Both the position numbers and the translations under genes were made by a program. Below are positions 36,200 to 48,574 of a stretch of DNA of 64,000 nucleotides, piece after piece. Source of the DNA: Gracilinanus agilis (Eukaryota); contig NC_058133.1 of the NCBI RefSeq assembly GCF_016433145.1, positions 358,659,760 to 358,723,759 on the forward strand. Reading direction: 5' to 3'. Every line of letters begins with the position of its first letter. Positions within the stretch are counted from its first letter, which is position 1. The notes under the pieces are model-generated. The model did not search any database, was not told the DNA's origin, and worked only from the letters and a program-made list of their open reading frames with translations.

Positions 36200-37866
36200 T
36201 AATATTTTTTCCTTTTTAGAAAATATTTTCTTTTCCCTATTATTTGTAATAACAGTTTTCAATATATGTTTTTCAAAATTATAAGATCCAAATTGTCTTC
36301 TTTTCTTCCTTTCCTCCCTCCTCCCACAGATGGTAAGCAATTTGATCTGGGTTATACATGTATTAGCATACAAAACATACTTCCAGATTGGTCATTGTTA
36401 TAAGAGATATAAAACCAAAATCCCAAAATAAAAACATAAATAAACTAAAGTGAAAGATAGCATGCTTTGATCTGCATCCCAACTCTTAACAATTCTTTCT
36501 CTGGTGGTAGAGAGCATTCTTGCCATAAGTCCTATAGAAGTGTCCCGAATCATTGTATTGCTGAGAGTAGCTAAGTCTTTCACAATTGATCATCATACAG
36601 TATTGCTGTTATTGTGTAAGATGTTGTCCTGGTTCTGCTTATTTTACTCTGCATCTGTTCATGTAGATCTTTCCAACTTTTTCTGAAATCATTTTGCTAA
36701 TCATTTCTTACAGCACAATAATATTCTATCACCATCATATACCACAATTTGTTCAGACATTCCCCAATTGATAGACATCTCCATAATTTCTAATTCTTTG
36801 CTACCACAAAAAGAACTGCTATAAATATTTTTGTGCAAGTAGGTCCTTTCCCCTTTCTTATTATCTCTTTGAGATACAGACCTAGAAATGGTAGTATAAG
36901 GTCAAAGGATATTCACAGTTTTATAGTCCTTTGGGCATAATTCCAGATTGCCCTCTAGAATGGTTGGATCAGTTCTCAGCTCCAGCAACAGCTCATTAGT
37001 GTCCCAATTTTGCCACATCCCCTCTAACATTTATAATTTTCCTTTACTGTCGTATTGGCTAATCTGATAGGTGTGAGGTGGTACCTCAGAATTGTTTTAA
37101 TTTGCATTTCTCTATTTGGAACACTTTTTCATATGATTATTGATAACATTGATTTATTCATCTGAAAACTGCCTGTTCATATCCTTTGACCATTTGTCAA
37201 TTGGGGAATGACTTGTATTCTTCGAAATTTGATTTAGTTCTTTATGTATTTGAGAAATGAGACGTTTATTAGAGAAATTTGCTGCAAAACTGTTCCAGTT
37301 TGTTGTTCCCCAGAATTTTGGTTACATGGGTTCTGTTTGTACAAAATTTTTTTGTTATCTATCTCATTTGGTCATAAATTCTTCTCTTTCCACAGATCTG
37401 ACAGGTAAACTATTCTGTGTTCTCATAATTTGCTTTTAGTATCACCCTGTGAGATATTGGTATATACCTAGCTTATGCCATACTGTTTTCCAGTTTTTCT
37501 AGCAGTTTTTGGCAAATAGTGAGTTCTTATCCCAAAAGCTGGGGTCTTTGGGTTTATCAAACACTAGATTACTATGGTCATTTATCTCTGTATATTGTAT
37601 ATTTAATCTGTTCTATTGATCCATCTTTCTGTTTCTTAGCCAGATTATTTTTATGATAACTTTTTTACAGTACAATTTGAGATCTGGTACTGATAGGCTT
37701 CCTTCCTTTGCATTTTTTTATTGATTCCTTTGATATTCTTGACCTTTTGTTCTTCCAGATGAATTGTTATTTTTTTCTAGTTCTGTCAAATAATTTCTGA
37801 TGAATTTGTTATGGTACTGAATAAATTAATTTGTCATTTTTAGTATATTTAGCTCAGCCTACCCCA
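36200..37866 (-). mobile_element. L1 ORF2 3' part plus 3' UTR, about 1.7 kb, decayed
   Basis: Minus-strand KGPTCTKIFIAVLFVVAKN*KLWRCLSIGECLNKLWYMMVIEYYCAVRND is the L1 ORF2 C-terminal domain; stops and frameshifts present. Confidence 0.93.
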
Positions 37867-37994
37867 ATGGATCTGTAATTTTATGGCTAGGTTTCTTGGG
37901 TAGGTTGTAGGCCATATCCACCTGCCCAATTCTAGTCTTTTTCTTAATCCTCTATAGAGATTCTGCCTAATGGGCTGGAGACTTTCTGTTAGGT

Positions 37995-38212
37995 CTGTGT
38001 TGGTGAGCCTCTGGCACACATGCTGGAGGTGGCTGCTCCCTTCTCCCTCTCCATGCAAGCCTGAGGACATTTCTCACATGACCCACCACTCTGTTCAGCA
38101 ACCCAATGGGAGCACTTCCTCCTTCCCCTGTCTGGGGTAAGGAGTGGGTAGCTCACACGTGGTGTTAGAGTGCAGTTTGGGCACTTGGTCTCCCAAAGGT
38201 TCACCATCACTG
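37995..38212. mobile_element. hAT MITE (hAT1/OposCharlie-like), 218 bp
   Basis: Right TIR aggttcaccatcactg 38197-38212 (reverse complement cagtgatggtgaacct); left TIR ctgtgttggtgagcct 37995-38010 is 13/16 identical; 8-bp TSD only 4/8 preserved. Confidence 0.75.
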
Positions 38213-40387
38213 TGTAACTATTTTATTATTTTCTAGATGTTTACAGGGCTATTGGATGCCCCTACTTGCATTCTCTCAAACTTGACTGCTCCCTTTTTTA
38301 TCATAGAAGTCTTTCACCTGTCTTTTATATATATTTTTGGCTTTATAAGGCAATGATAAAGACTCTTTTAGAATTAATGAAATATATTTCCCATTATTTT
38401 ATATTTTTTCAAAGAAATCTCCTCCCTTTTCATCCCCTTCCCATTTTAATATCTTTAATGATATATTCAGACACTTCTAGTAGTTAGACGTCCTCTTCCC
38501 TCACTTTACACAAATTAATAAACAATAGTGTGTCCAGAAATACGATTTCTAGCAAAGAATAAGAATTTCAAATGAAGTCTAAAAGATCGCTTAAATAAAG
38601 AGTAGAATCTAATTAACTTGGACTTAAGTGTAATCCATTTTGACTTACTGACCTCTGATATTAAAAAAAGGTTAAAAAACATGCAAAGCAAAATAAAAAC
38701 ACAAATAAACCAAAATACACAGTGGATTAATTTACCCATTTTAAGTGAATGAGAGTTGAGAAAGTGAAGGCAGTGGAGCACAGCATGGTAGGTGTTTCTT
38801 TTTTTAGTCAGAGAAAACCCCTTATAAAAAAAACTCCTTTTCCCTTCACTTTTTTTTTATTACTTAACAAGTCTAGTGAGAACTGCTTTATCCAAAGAAA
38901 TAAGTGTATACAAGCTGATAACTTTTTTCTTTTCCTTTCTTCAGTAGAAGCATTAGCAATAGGATTGTGGTATCGAGGCAGGATCATTCTAGAAATTTAC
39001 TTGCTGAGTCTCCAAGGCCACTGGTGTGTTTCCAGCCAAGAGCAATCATAAACTGGCTCTTGGGTCTCACTCATGCTTTAACAGTTAAAAGTATAATTAA
39101 GTTGAAAATTAGGTACTTTGTTTATCATCTACCCAAAGAGTAACAGTTTGACTAATAACAGTTTCAGTTCATAACTTAGCATAGATTTCTTGTGTTCTGG
39201 TATTGAGGAGATAAACAAGACAAGCCGACTAGAACATGGCTAAAAAAGGCTTCAGTTTAGAGTATTTTGATTCTTAGTGAGGGAACTCTCCCTGGAGAAA
39301 GAGATGAGAAGGTGGTTGTGCCAACAAGGTACTTGAACGAAAGAATAATTTAACAAGTATTATTATCAGTATCATTTTAGCTGAAAGAAAAACTCAAATA
39401 TTTTTAACTAAAAAATGGATAATTGGTGAAGTTATGTATTTGTTTTTGTCATTGTTTTGATTTCTTCTAAGTGTGCCCTTTTGTGAAAATTTGGTTTTTA
39501 TTAGTGTATTCAACAAGCATTTTGGCCCTTTGTATACAAACACAAGCCAAAAAACCCCTAGCCCCTGCCCTCAATGAATTTATATTCTTCTGGAAGAAAA
39601 CAAGTAAACAGATAAGTATGTGTGTGATCATTTGAGTAAGGAGGAAGACCTAGGAAAGGTTTCCCAAAGGAGATATAACATGGTAGGAACCTTGAAGACT
39701 TTCAAGCCCCTAAAATTGTGTCCCATGGTTAAATTATTTTGGGAAATGTTGGCCCTAATCCAACTCTATTCTCTTTATGCATGTGGAAACCAGGGTCCAA
39801 AGGAACTAAATGAACTTGTTTAGGGCCACACGGCTACTTCAGACCTGAAATAACCCAGTCTCTTGTTACTGAGTTGATGCACTATATCATTCTATGTCTG
39901 ATGCTAAAATGGAGCCAACCCTTAAGAATAACTTTTATAATATACATGTAAATCTCAAAAATTCAAACCCATCGATAATTCTGAAACTTATCTAGCAGAT
40001 CATTTCTATTCTGTTCCCATCCTCGACTGTTTACCAGAACCCTAAACAAAATTTGATGAAGTAAATCTCTCTTGAGAGTACCTTGCTCATCAGTAGTGCA
40101 AATGCACTCTAGAAAATGGCTAAAAGTCAGTTAGCAACAGGTCCAGATTATCCACAAACTAGATAAGTAGTTTCTATTTTTAAGACTGGTTCAGGCAGTT
40201 CCACAGATGCAAGGCTATCTTGATACAATAGCAGCACTCAATGTTCAAAATTAGTGGCTGCTTCCTACACGTACAGAAGACGGGCAAGAATTCATCCTGT
40301 TGGTCGTGTAGCAGGCAAAAGCATGCTGGAGCAGAGAGCACACTAGGCTGAAAGGAAGAAGAGCCACGATTTGACCTCAAAAAAACA

Positions 40388-40448
40388 TTTGATTTAACTC
40401 CATTTGATGGAAAAAACTTTTTTTTCCATCAAATGGAGTTAAATCAAA
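40388..40448. repeat. Perfect inverted repeat, 29-bp arms and 3-nt loop
   Basis: tttgatttaactccatttgatggaaaaaa - ctt - ttttttccatcaaatggagttaaatcaaa. Confidence 0.97.
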
Positions 40449-40524
40449 AGAAGAATACTTGGACTTTAGTTGACCAATTGACCAACTAATCAATTAATCC
40501 ATTAGCATTTACTAATGACCTTCT

Positions 40525-40695
40525 GTGGTCAATGAGGCAGCTCTAAGTGTTGTAGATAGAGGGTTGACCTTGAAAGTAGGAAGACTAAGACTCAAATCAA
40601 TTAACTCCAGCAATTCTCAAGTAATTTAAGCGTAGAGAGGATGCTGATTTTCGGTGGTAGTGAGAGTGTTCTCTGTCACTGAAATCCCAGGTCCA
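40525..40695 (+). mobile_element. WALLSI4/MdoRep1-like CORE-SINE, interrupted at its 3' end by L1
   Basis: gaggcagctctaagtg...gagaggatgctgattttcggtggtagtgagag...gaaatcccaggtcca. Confidence 0.55.
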
Positions 40696-41013
40696 AATCC
40701 TGAGGGACTTAGGAGAAAGAACACTAGCCACAACTAGAGAAAGAACTGTGGGAGTAAAACACAGAAGAAAAACACATGTTTGATTATGTGGTTCAATGGG
40801 GATATGACTGGGGATTTGGCTTTAGGAGAACATGGTTACAAATATGAATAATTTGGAAATAGGTTTTAAACAATGACACGTGTGTAACCCAGTGGAATGC
40901 TTGTCGGCTCTGGGAGAGGGGAGGGAAGAGGGGAAGGAAGGAACATGAATCTTGTAACCATGGAAAAATATTCTAAATAAATTTTAAAAATTTAAAAAGA
41001 AATAAAATAAAAA
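40696..41013 (+). mobile_element. 5'-truncated L1 3' UTR
   Basis: Opossum-type L1 3' UTR; 15-bp TSD gaaatcccaggtcca 40681-40695 / gaaatcccagatcca 41014-41028. Confidence 0.9.
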
Positions 41014-42139
41014 GAAATCCCAGATCCAGTCCCTATCCCTACTATGTGTCAGACACTGTTCTAGATGTTAGGGTAGAACATTGTATGTGGAGTCAAGAAG
41101 ACTCAAGTTCTACTCCTATTCCAGATGCTTACTAGCTGGGTGACTTTGGGCAAGACATTTAACCATTTCTACTCTTCTGTGGGCTTTCTGCTCCTCTATA
41201 GAGATTCAGCACAGTGTGCTAGAGACCAGTAAAATGAGGATAAATAATAGGACCTCTCTCCCAGGGTTATTTTAAAAATAAAATGTAATAATATTTATGA
41301 TATTATATATAATGATTATATCATTAATAGATTGAATACATTATAATATAGTAACAAATTATTATATATAACATAACATATAATACAAATATAATATTTA
41401 TTAAATGTTTTGTAAACTTTAAGGCACTATATAAATGCTATCTATCGGTGGTGGTGGTGGTGGTGGTGGTACTGGTATTAGTATTATTACTATTACTGTT
41501 ACAACTATCACCTCTACTACTACCACCAGCACTTACTACACCACCCTTGACGAGCTTACATTCCATCAAAGGAAGCCAACATGTACAAAATGATTAAGAA
41601 GTCATCTGGTAAGGAATCAGATCGTATATGTAAAGAGCTGTTATTGTTGTGATTGGACCCCAAAATAAAGCCAAGATTGTTCAAAGCTATCAGAAGTGTT
41701 TTTGGACATATAGGCTTCCTAGAGGTTTGAAAAATGAGAACCCGGTGCTCTCTGGATATTTTGAAGATCCCTTATTTTAAAAACAAAAAGATGTCTCTCC
41801 TTTAGTAGGCTCATGTTGGAATAGTCATGGATTTTTCCATCTCACCTTCTAAATTGTTTTTTAACCTTTAGGATCGTGAAAAAGCCACTAAGACTGTTTT
41901 TGCACAAAGCTTTGAAGAAAGAAAAGTGGTAAAAGCCCGTGCTCAAGGTGTTAATCACCAGCTTCTCTGAGCATGTGTTTGTATGGGGTTGGGGAAGAGC
42001 ACGGTTTTGAAGAATTACAGCTGGCCCTTTCACCAAACTGTGTTGTCACAGTGGGCGTACTACCTTTCTTTGCCTTATTGTGTCATGGGGTTTAGTATTC
42101 TGAACCATCAGACTGGAATAATATTGTTGTAACTAACTT

Positions 42140-42850
42140 TAAATGTTAAAGATGTCTTGCTACACATTTCTGCCTGCCTGTCCTGCCAGCAGCCTCAAAC
42201 TCCTCATGTTCAAAATTGAACTCATCAAAACAAAAAGTAAAAAAATGAAAGTAAAATCTCTTACAACTATAGATCGGCCCTCTTCTTCCATCTTTCCTCC
42301 TTTTATGTCTGGATTAGTCATTCACCCTTAAAACCTCAGAGTAGTCATTCAACTGTAAGCTCCCAAGGTTGAGGGCATTGTCTTATTAAAACTCTGGTAT
42401 CTCCTCTAGGGTCTAGCACATTCCCACATTCATTTATCCCAGTTAGACTACACTCATCTATCTTTCCATACCCTTCAGCCCTAAATTCTCACAAGTCTTT
42501 CCCTATGATTATAACATACTAGTTCCATATTTCCAACCATTTAATTCTCTCTTCTTTCAAAAGGCCCAACTTAGGAATTCCCTTTTTATATGAGTATTCT
42601 CCAATTCCCTTATTTGAACATGATTTCTTCCTCCTTTCGAATTTCTTACTGTACTTTGTCTGGGTTTCCTTCATATTTACTACACTCATCCTTAAATCAT
42701 CCTTATTTACATCTGTCTTCTCCCAAGTAAGTTATAAGCTCCTTGAGAACTGGAACTATGATTCAAAAACAATTTTTTAATATTATTCCAAGGGCCCGTG
42801 AGGCATGGTACTTTATACAGTAATAGTGGATGCTTAAACGTGTATGGAAT
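42140..42850 (+). mobile_element. L2 ORF2 end plus 3' region
   Basis: Peptide SLKLLMFKIELI resembles L2 HLKLNMSKTELI; taagctccttgagaactggaact near 42735. Confidence 0.7.
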
Positions 42851-45800
42851 TGAATGTGAAACACTATATGAAGAATGATTAATATAAAAAGCATCAGTGA
42901 ATAGATACTAATTTTTGGTGTATCTTAGCGATGGGTCTGAGAGCTAAGGGTTAAGTGGCTTTTTAATGGAAGTACCCAGGGAAAGAAAAGATAGGTGAAA
43001 TGCTCTTAATTCTCTCCCTTCGTGCACTAAATTGTTGAGTGTTTCTCTCTCTGTGACTAGGGAGTGATTTAGCAGGAATAGGAGAGAGAGGATGGAAAGT
43101 ATATTTGAGCTCAAGGTTTAAAAAGCACTTTACATAAATTATTTCTTTTGCTCATTACAACAACCCTGCAGAGTAGATAAGTACACGTTTATAAAGATGA
43201 GAAAACAGACCTAGAACAGTTACTTGACTTCCCAAAGTTACATTAGCTAAGTGTTGCAGTCAGCACCCAAGACTGGCTAGATCTTTTGAATCCAAATCCA
43301 CAGTTTCTCCCCCAACTCCTCTGGCTCCCTTCAGGGTTCAGGCCATTGCCATGCCCCCTTCAAGGAAGGGCATTCTTCTCTGGTTCCTCCAATAGTGGGT
43401 ACTATAAATTTAAATTTCACATATTTACTTATGGGTGAGCATCTTAAGTTCCTTGAAGTCAGAGGCTGTCTCACTTTTGTGCCTGGCACACATACTAGGA
43501 ATAATAAATGCTAACTGTTTGATGCTGAAAACAGGACTCCCCAATCTTGTGCCTTTTTTTTCCCTCTTCATGTGTTTATCCTTGGAGAGTTGCCATCATC
43601 TCATGAGTTCAGTGTTCTCCAACCATGGGACCAGAATCAAGATGAAGCATTTCTACTTAAATAAAACATCATGGTTGTCAGAATGGCTGTTTTTAAAATA
43701 GGTTTAAATGGAGGCTGCTCGGTATGGGGCTAATTGCTGTTATTGTAGGATGGTCATGACTTGGATGAACCCCTTGAACAAGTGACATGAAAGATGCCCA
43801 TGGTGCATCAAGGGAGAGACACTGGCCTGCTGAGGTGGCCCCTTGGGGTGAGGATTGGGGAGCAGGAGAGGAGCTCACCCTAGCATCCCTAAGGACCACC
43901 GTTGCTATCAATATATTCTAAATTCCTTACCTTCAGTTAGATCCTAGTTAGATCCCTGAGTCTAAACCCAGGACCTCACCCTTATTCCATTAGAAAAGAG
44001 ATAAAAATAACCCCTGCAAGTGATCTCAAGGGAAATAACCCATGCTTTTTCTGGGTGGCATTTATTTTTGTGTTGGTATGTTGTAGAAAAGTTAGCGATT
44101 TGTCCAAGGTCATATAGCTAGTTTAATAATAGAGCTTGTACACAACTATATTCAGAATTTGAATTATAATCTTATTAGTGAGAAAAGGAAAACAATATAT
44201 AATCTATACTGATGGGAAATCAGAAGTTTGGAGGGAGCGACTTTGTATAGCATTTGGAAGTTTCCAAAACACTTTCCTTATAACCTTGGGAGTGGCAGTA
44301 TAAGCACTATTCTCATTTTACAGACGAGGAAACCGGGGCTTAGGAGATTATATAATTTGCCTATGGTCACACAACTAGTAAGTGATGGAGCCCAGACTTG
44401 AATTCAACATACCATGTTACCTCTTCTTTAAAGAAACAAAAAACAAGATTTATTGAGCAGATTAGAAACTTGATTGTTTCGATATGACCTCTAAAAAAGG
44501 AGAAAAAGTCATTCCCAAGGGCTAAGAAAAAACATGGAGCTCTTTGTTCTAGTTAGTAATAAAAATAAAATGGACTTGGAAGAGAAGAGTAACTTGTTAG
44601 TATGTTACTCAAGACTAAATGTTAAATGAGGAAGAACAATTGTATTAATCTGCTTGGTACTTATTAGTAAACAACTAGGTGTATTTTTGTATGACCTTTT
44701 GGATTCCTCTGTAAGAAAAATTCCCACTGGACTGTGTTGGAGTGTTCTGGATTTTTTATGATTTTGACTTGGGTGACATTCTTTAACATTTGAGTATATT
44801 CATTAGAAGTGAAGGGAGTGTGTCATCCGGGTTTTTTGGTGTGTTTCCATTCTGGACACAGCACTCCGGGCACGGTACAGATATGAAGTATGACGATGAT
44901 GATTTGTTTTTACATTAGCAAATTAAATGCCCTCGGCTCCTATCCATGCTATTTTTTCAAGAGAAGAGTAGGCTGATCCAGATGGGGGAATAACCCAGCA
45001 AGAGACCTCAAGAGAAGCAGCCACATGATTTTTCTGTGGCATTTGTTTCGGTGTTGGTGTGTTGTCCTTCATCTCAGCATGAATACAGTTCATTTCTATT
45101 TGACACGTATGTGAGAAGGAGAAAAGTGAGAATAACACGGAGTAGGGCCTGCACTGACCTGACTGGTGGTTTGGAACAAACTTCGAATTGAGCCAAAACA
45201 AACAGCCCATCTGGATCAGTCAAGTCCTCCCCAAAATCCTTTTTTCCCTTCAGAAGCAGGTTTTCTTGGCTTGCACTCTCTGGATAATTGTTTCTTTTCT
45301 CCACTGAAACTTTCCTTTGTCAACACACAACCTTAATGTTTGGCTATAAGGCTTAGGCACTTGTGTACATATGGGGTTTCAGAGCCTTCTTCTCCTTTCA
45401 GTTACTGATGCTGTACACCTGCAGATTATAACTTTTGATGGTCTGATGAAAAGATTGGAGAAAAAAGTTATTTTAAACTGGCTGCCATCTGTTTTGTGGA
45501 TTTTTCCTGACTGTTCCATAGGGCGCTGCCCTCCTGGCTTTATTTACTTAAAAAAAAAAAATTCGAGAAGTTTTCTTAGGCCTGAGCGAACTTTCAGATA
45601 AAATAAATTCAGTTCCAAAGGAAATCTTGCCAGGAATATTCTGTGAACCTTCTTTTAGAGGGTGTTGGAAGGCACAGGACAGACTGAAACTGACCTGTAG
45701 AGGGGTTGAGGCTTTTTTGTCCTTGTTCTAATTTGGGGAGCTGAGTAGCAGGGCCACTTCATCAGTAATTTGATTACTTCCATAGGTGTATCAAGCAGCC

Positions 45801-46369
45801 TAGATAACTGAACAATTCCAAAGGGGGTGGGTACCCAGCATGAGATGGGTAAAATAGCAAATTAGAACCAAATGGGATTGGGGAGAGGCAGAGGGTCCAA
45901 TTAAAGTGTAAAATGTGTTGTTTTTAGAGACACAAAAAAATTGTTTTGTATTGTAATGTGAGCTTGTGATGCAAGATAATTAATTGTTTTGCAAATTATT
46001 GGGAGAATGTATTTGGGTTTTGTTGTTGCTGCTGTTGTTTTTTTCTTCGTTTTTACAAGTAAATTAAGATCTTGTCACTTCGTGCCTCAAAGCAACTTAG
46101 GTTTGAAACAAAACAATTATAGATGTAGAAGAGGTGGGGCAGGATCAGAAAAGAAGCTAATTTAGGATTGATGGTTTGGAGAGTAGAGTTCCTCTGGTGT
46201 GGAGAAGAGTTTTCTTCCCCTGAGAGTCAATCTAATGATTTGTGTTTAACTTCTTATCTGGTGCAGAAATCCAGAAGGTTTGGAGATAAAAGAATTGGTG
46301 ATTTTTTTGCAAGATGTTCCCTCTTTAGTCTTAGGCTTCGTCTTGGCTTCTCTTCCAGAAAAATTCTCT

Positions 46370-46560
46370 AAAAACACAAAGACGCGTCTTCGTGAAAGGC
46401 CAGTGGTTTCTGCTAAGCAAATCTGTCTGTGACGTCCTTCTTCCTGGCCCCAAACTCTCTTCTTTGGTTCATGATACTACAGTCACAAAGGAAGGAAGAA
46501 AAAAGAAATCCTTGTTAAGCTGATGAGTCAGCCCATGTTACTATATCTGCTGCTGTACCC
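46370..46560. promoter_or_regulatory. Candidate bZIP-responsive enhancer (AP-1/ARE plus CRE-like site)
   Basis: ATGAGTCAGC (TGAGTCA 46524-46530), TGACGTC 46430-46436, palindrome AGACGCGTCT 46380-46389, local CpG enrichment. Confidence 0.4.
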
Positions 46561-46773
46561 CCTGAACAGACACTTTGTGATTATATGGCTTATCTTTAGG
46601 AAGTAATAGGGAAGACTCTTCACACCATTAGGATAATAGTTCTGGAACTGGAAGAGAATTAACAGTCTTTCTGGGCCTTCCTCCCCATTTTACAAATGGG
46701 AAACTAAGGTCTTGGATTATACAGTCCTAGAACTATAACTTCCAAGATGAGCTATTGTCTTCCGTTTTGTTTT

Positions 46774-46822
46774 AAGGAAGGAAGGAAGGGAGGGAAGGAA
46801 GGAGGGAAGAAAGGAAGGAAGA
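46774..46822 (+). repeat. (GGAA)n-type microsatellite
   Basis: aaggaaggaaggaagggagggaaggaaggaggg. Confidence 0.9.
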
Positions 46823-46959
46823 AAATAAAGTAAATAAAAAATAATTGTAAAATGACCACCATGTACTCTGTGGTCATTGACCAGGCTTCTGTGTGGTTCC
46901 TCACATACACCACATACAGCCTTTTCATAGTCTCTCTCCCTGACTTTCCTCACTTCTGC

Positions 46960-47240
46960 CTCTTGGAATATGTGACTTCTTACAAGATTTATCCCAAGGC
47001 TAAACTTAGGGTAAGCCTTAAGATCTTTTCTGATCTCTCCCAGAGGCCAGGTGCTTTCACCTCCAAAGGTCCCCAGGATTTCTTTGTTTTGTATATACAA
47101 GTCTATACATCTTATCTCTACAATAACACCACCACCATTCCCATTAGACCAAACTTCTTGGGGGTCATGTTTGTCTTTATATCCTAAGCCTAGCACAGTG
47201 CCTAACACCTAATAGTCTCTTAATAAAACTTGCTTGATTA
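46960..47240 (+). mobile_element. L2 3' end
   Basis: cctagcacagtgcctaacacctaatagtctcttaataaaacttgcttgatt. Confidence 0.7.
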
Positions 47241-48574
47241 ATTGAGGGAAGGAAGGTATCAGATTCACAGAAGCTACCTTGCTGTTGTACTTAGAATTTT
47301 TATTCCCAACTGTGAAAGCATATGCAAGTAAATAGATGGAAACCTGAGTTGAAGGAGGCAGGGGTAACTCAATCCAGTGGGCTTCAGGGTTTTCATGAGA
47401 GTAGGAAGTGATCAAAGAACTTAGAGCTAGAAAAGGGCCTTGGACATGATCTTTTTCAGCCCCCTCATTTTACAGATCAGAAAATGAGACCCAGTGAGGC
47501 CATTTAGGGCAAACCCCCTCACTTTACAGAGGAGGAAACTGGTGCTCAAAATTATCTGGCTCGTGAGGGTGATCAAGTTGTTTAGCACCTAGAAATCTTG
47601 AACCTGTGGGCCTGGTCTGTTGTGTTTGGAAGATTGGAAACATGAAATTCAAGCATGTTCTCACCTAGCTCTTCAGACTTAGCTAGGCACGTGTTTAGTT
47701 AGTTATCACCCCAGGTAAATAAAGAAGGCCTTCTTTTAGAAGGTTCCTTTTAGAGGTTGAGAGATTTGTTATCAGATCATCCTAAGCTATACCAACAGTA
47801 ATGGTTCCCAACCACCACCACCCCCTTCCAGCTCAAACAAATGCCTTTTTCCCTTTTTATTTTTATTATTGTTGCAAACAAATGCCTTTTTCCTTTTCCC
47901 CCTTTTTATTTTTATTATTGTTATTGTTGTTGTTATTATTTTGTGGTCTAGGGGTTAGGTCTTACAAAATAGAACTTAAGCACATTTTACATTCATCATT
48001 ATTTGTTTGGTTGACACAACAATAAGACCCAAGACTTTAGATAAACCTGAGTCATTATCTTCATTTCTTTTCAAAAGTCCAGAATATCACCCCCCCCCAA
48101 CCCCATCCTAATCCTTGTACTGTAATTGTAATGCAGGCATCTCTGCAAGGTTCATATATCAACTTCTTTGGTGAGTCTATCTTTTAATCTCAAAACACTG
48201 GTGGGAGAGGAAAATAGTATTATTTAAATCAAGGAAACTACTGAAAAGAGTTTTCCAGAGCATGACTATTAATTTTCATTTTGCCTTTTATACAGCCCAA
48301 AGCATACAGATTTAGGGAAATGCTGACCCGCTTTCCCTTCTGTTTTACTAGTTTTAGAACTCTTTTGCAACCTCTGACCATACTTAATTTCATTGGATTT
48401 ACAGTTGGAATTGGACTAGTTCTGTTTGACCTGTAAGGGTAGAACCAGGACCTGTGAATAGGAGTTACAGAGATGTGTTTCTGTTGTGCTTAGGGGAAAA
48501 TTTCTGAAGAATTAAGAGTTGTCCAAAAGGCCATATGGCTGCTTACTAAAGCAATTATAGAGGGATTTCCTATT

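Noticed and set aside
40019-40030. 12-mer catcctcgactg identical to part of miR-30a
   Set aside because: Lacks the miR-30 seed (tgtaaa) and any hairpin partner; chance match.
45515-45540. Possible CTCF site ccatagggcgctgcc
   Set aside because: Mismatches at several informative positions; too weak without data.
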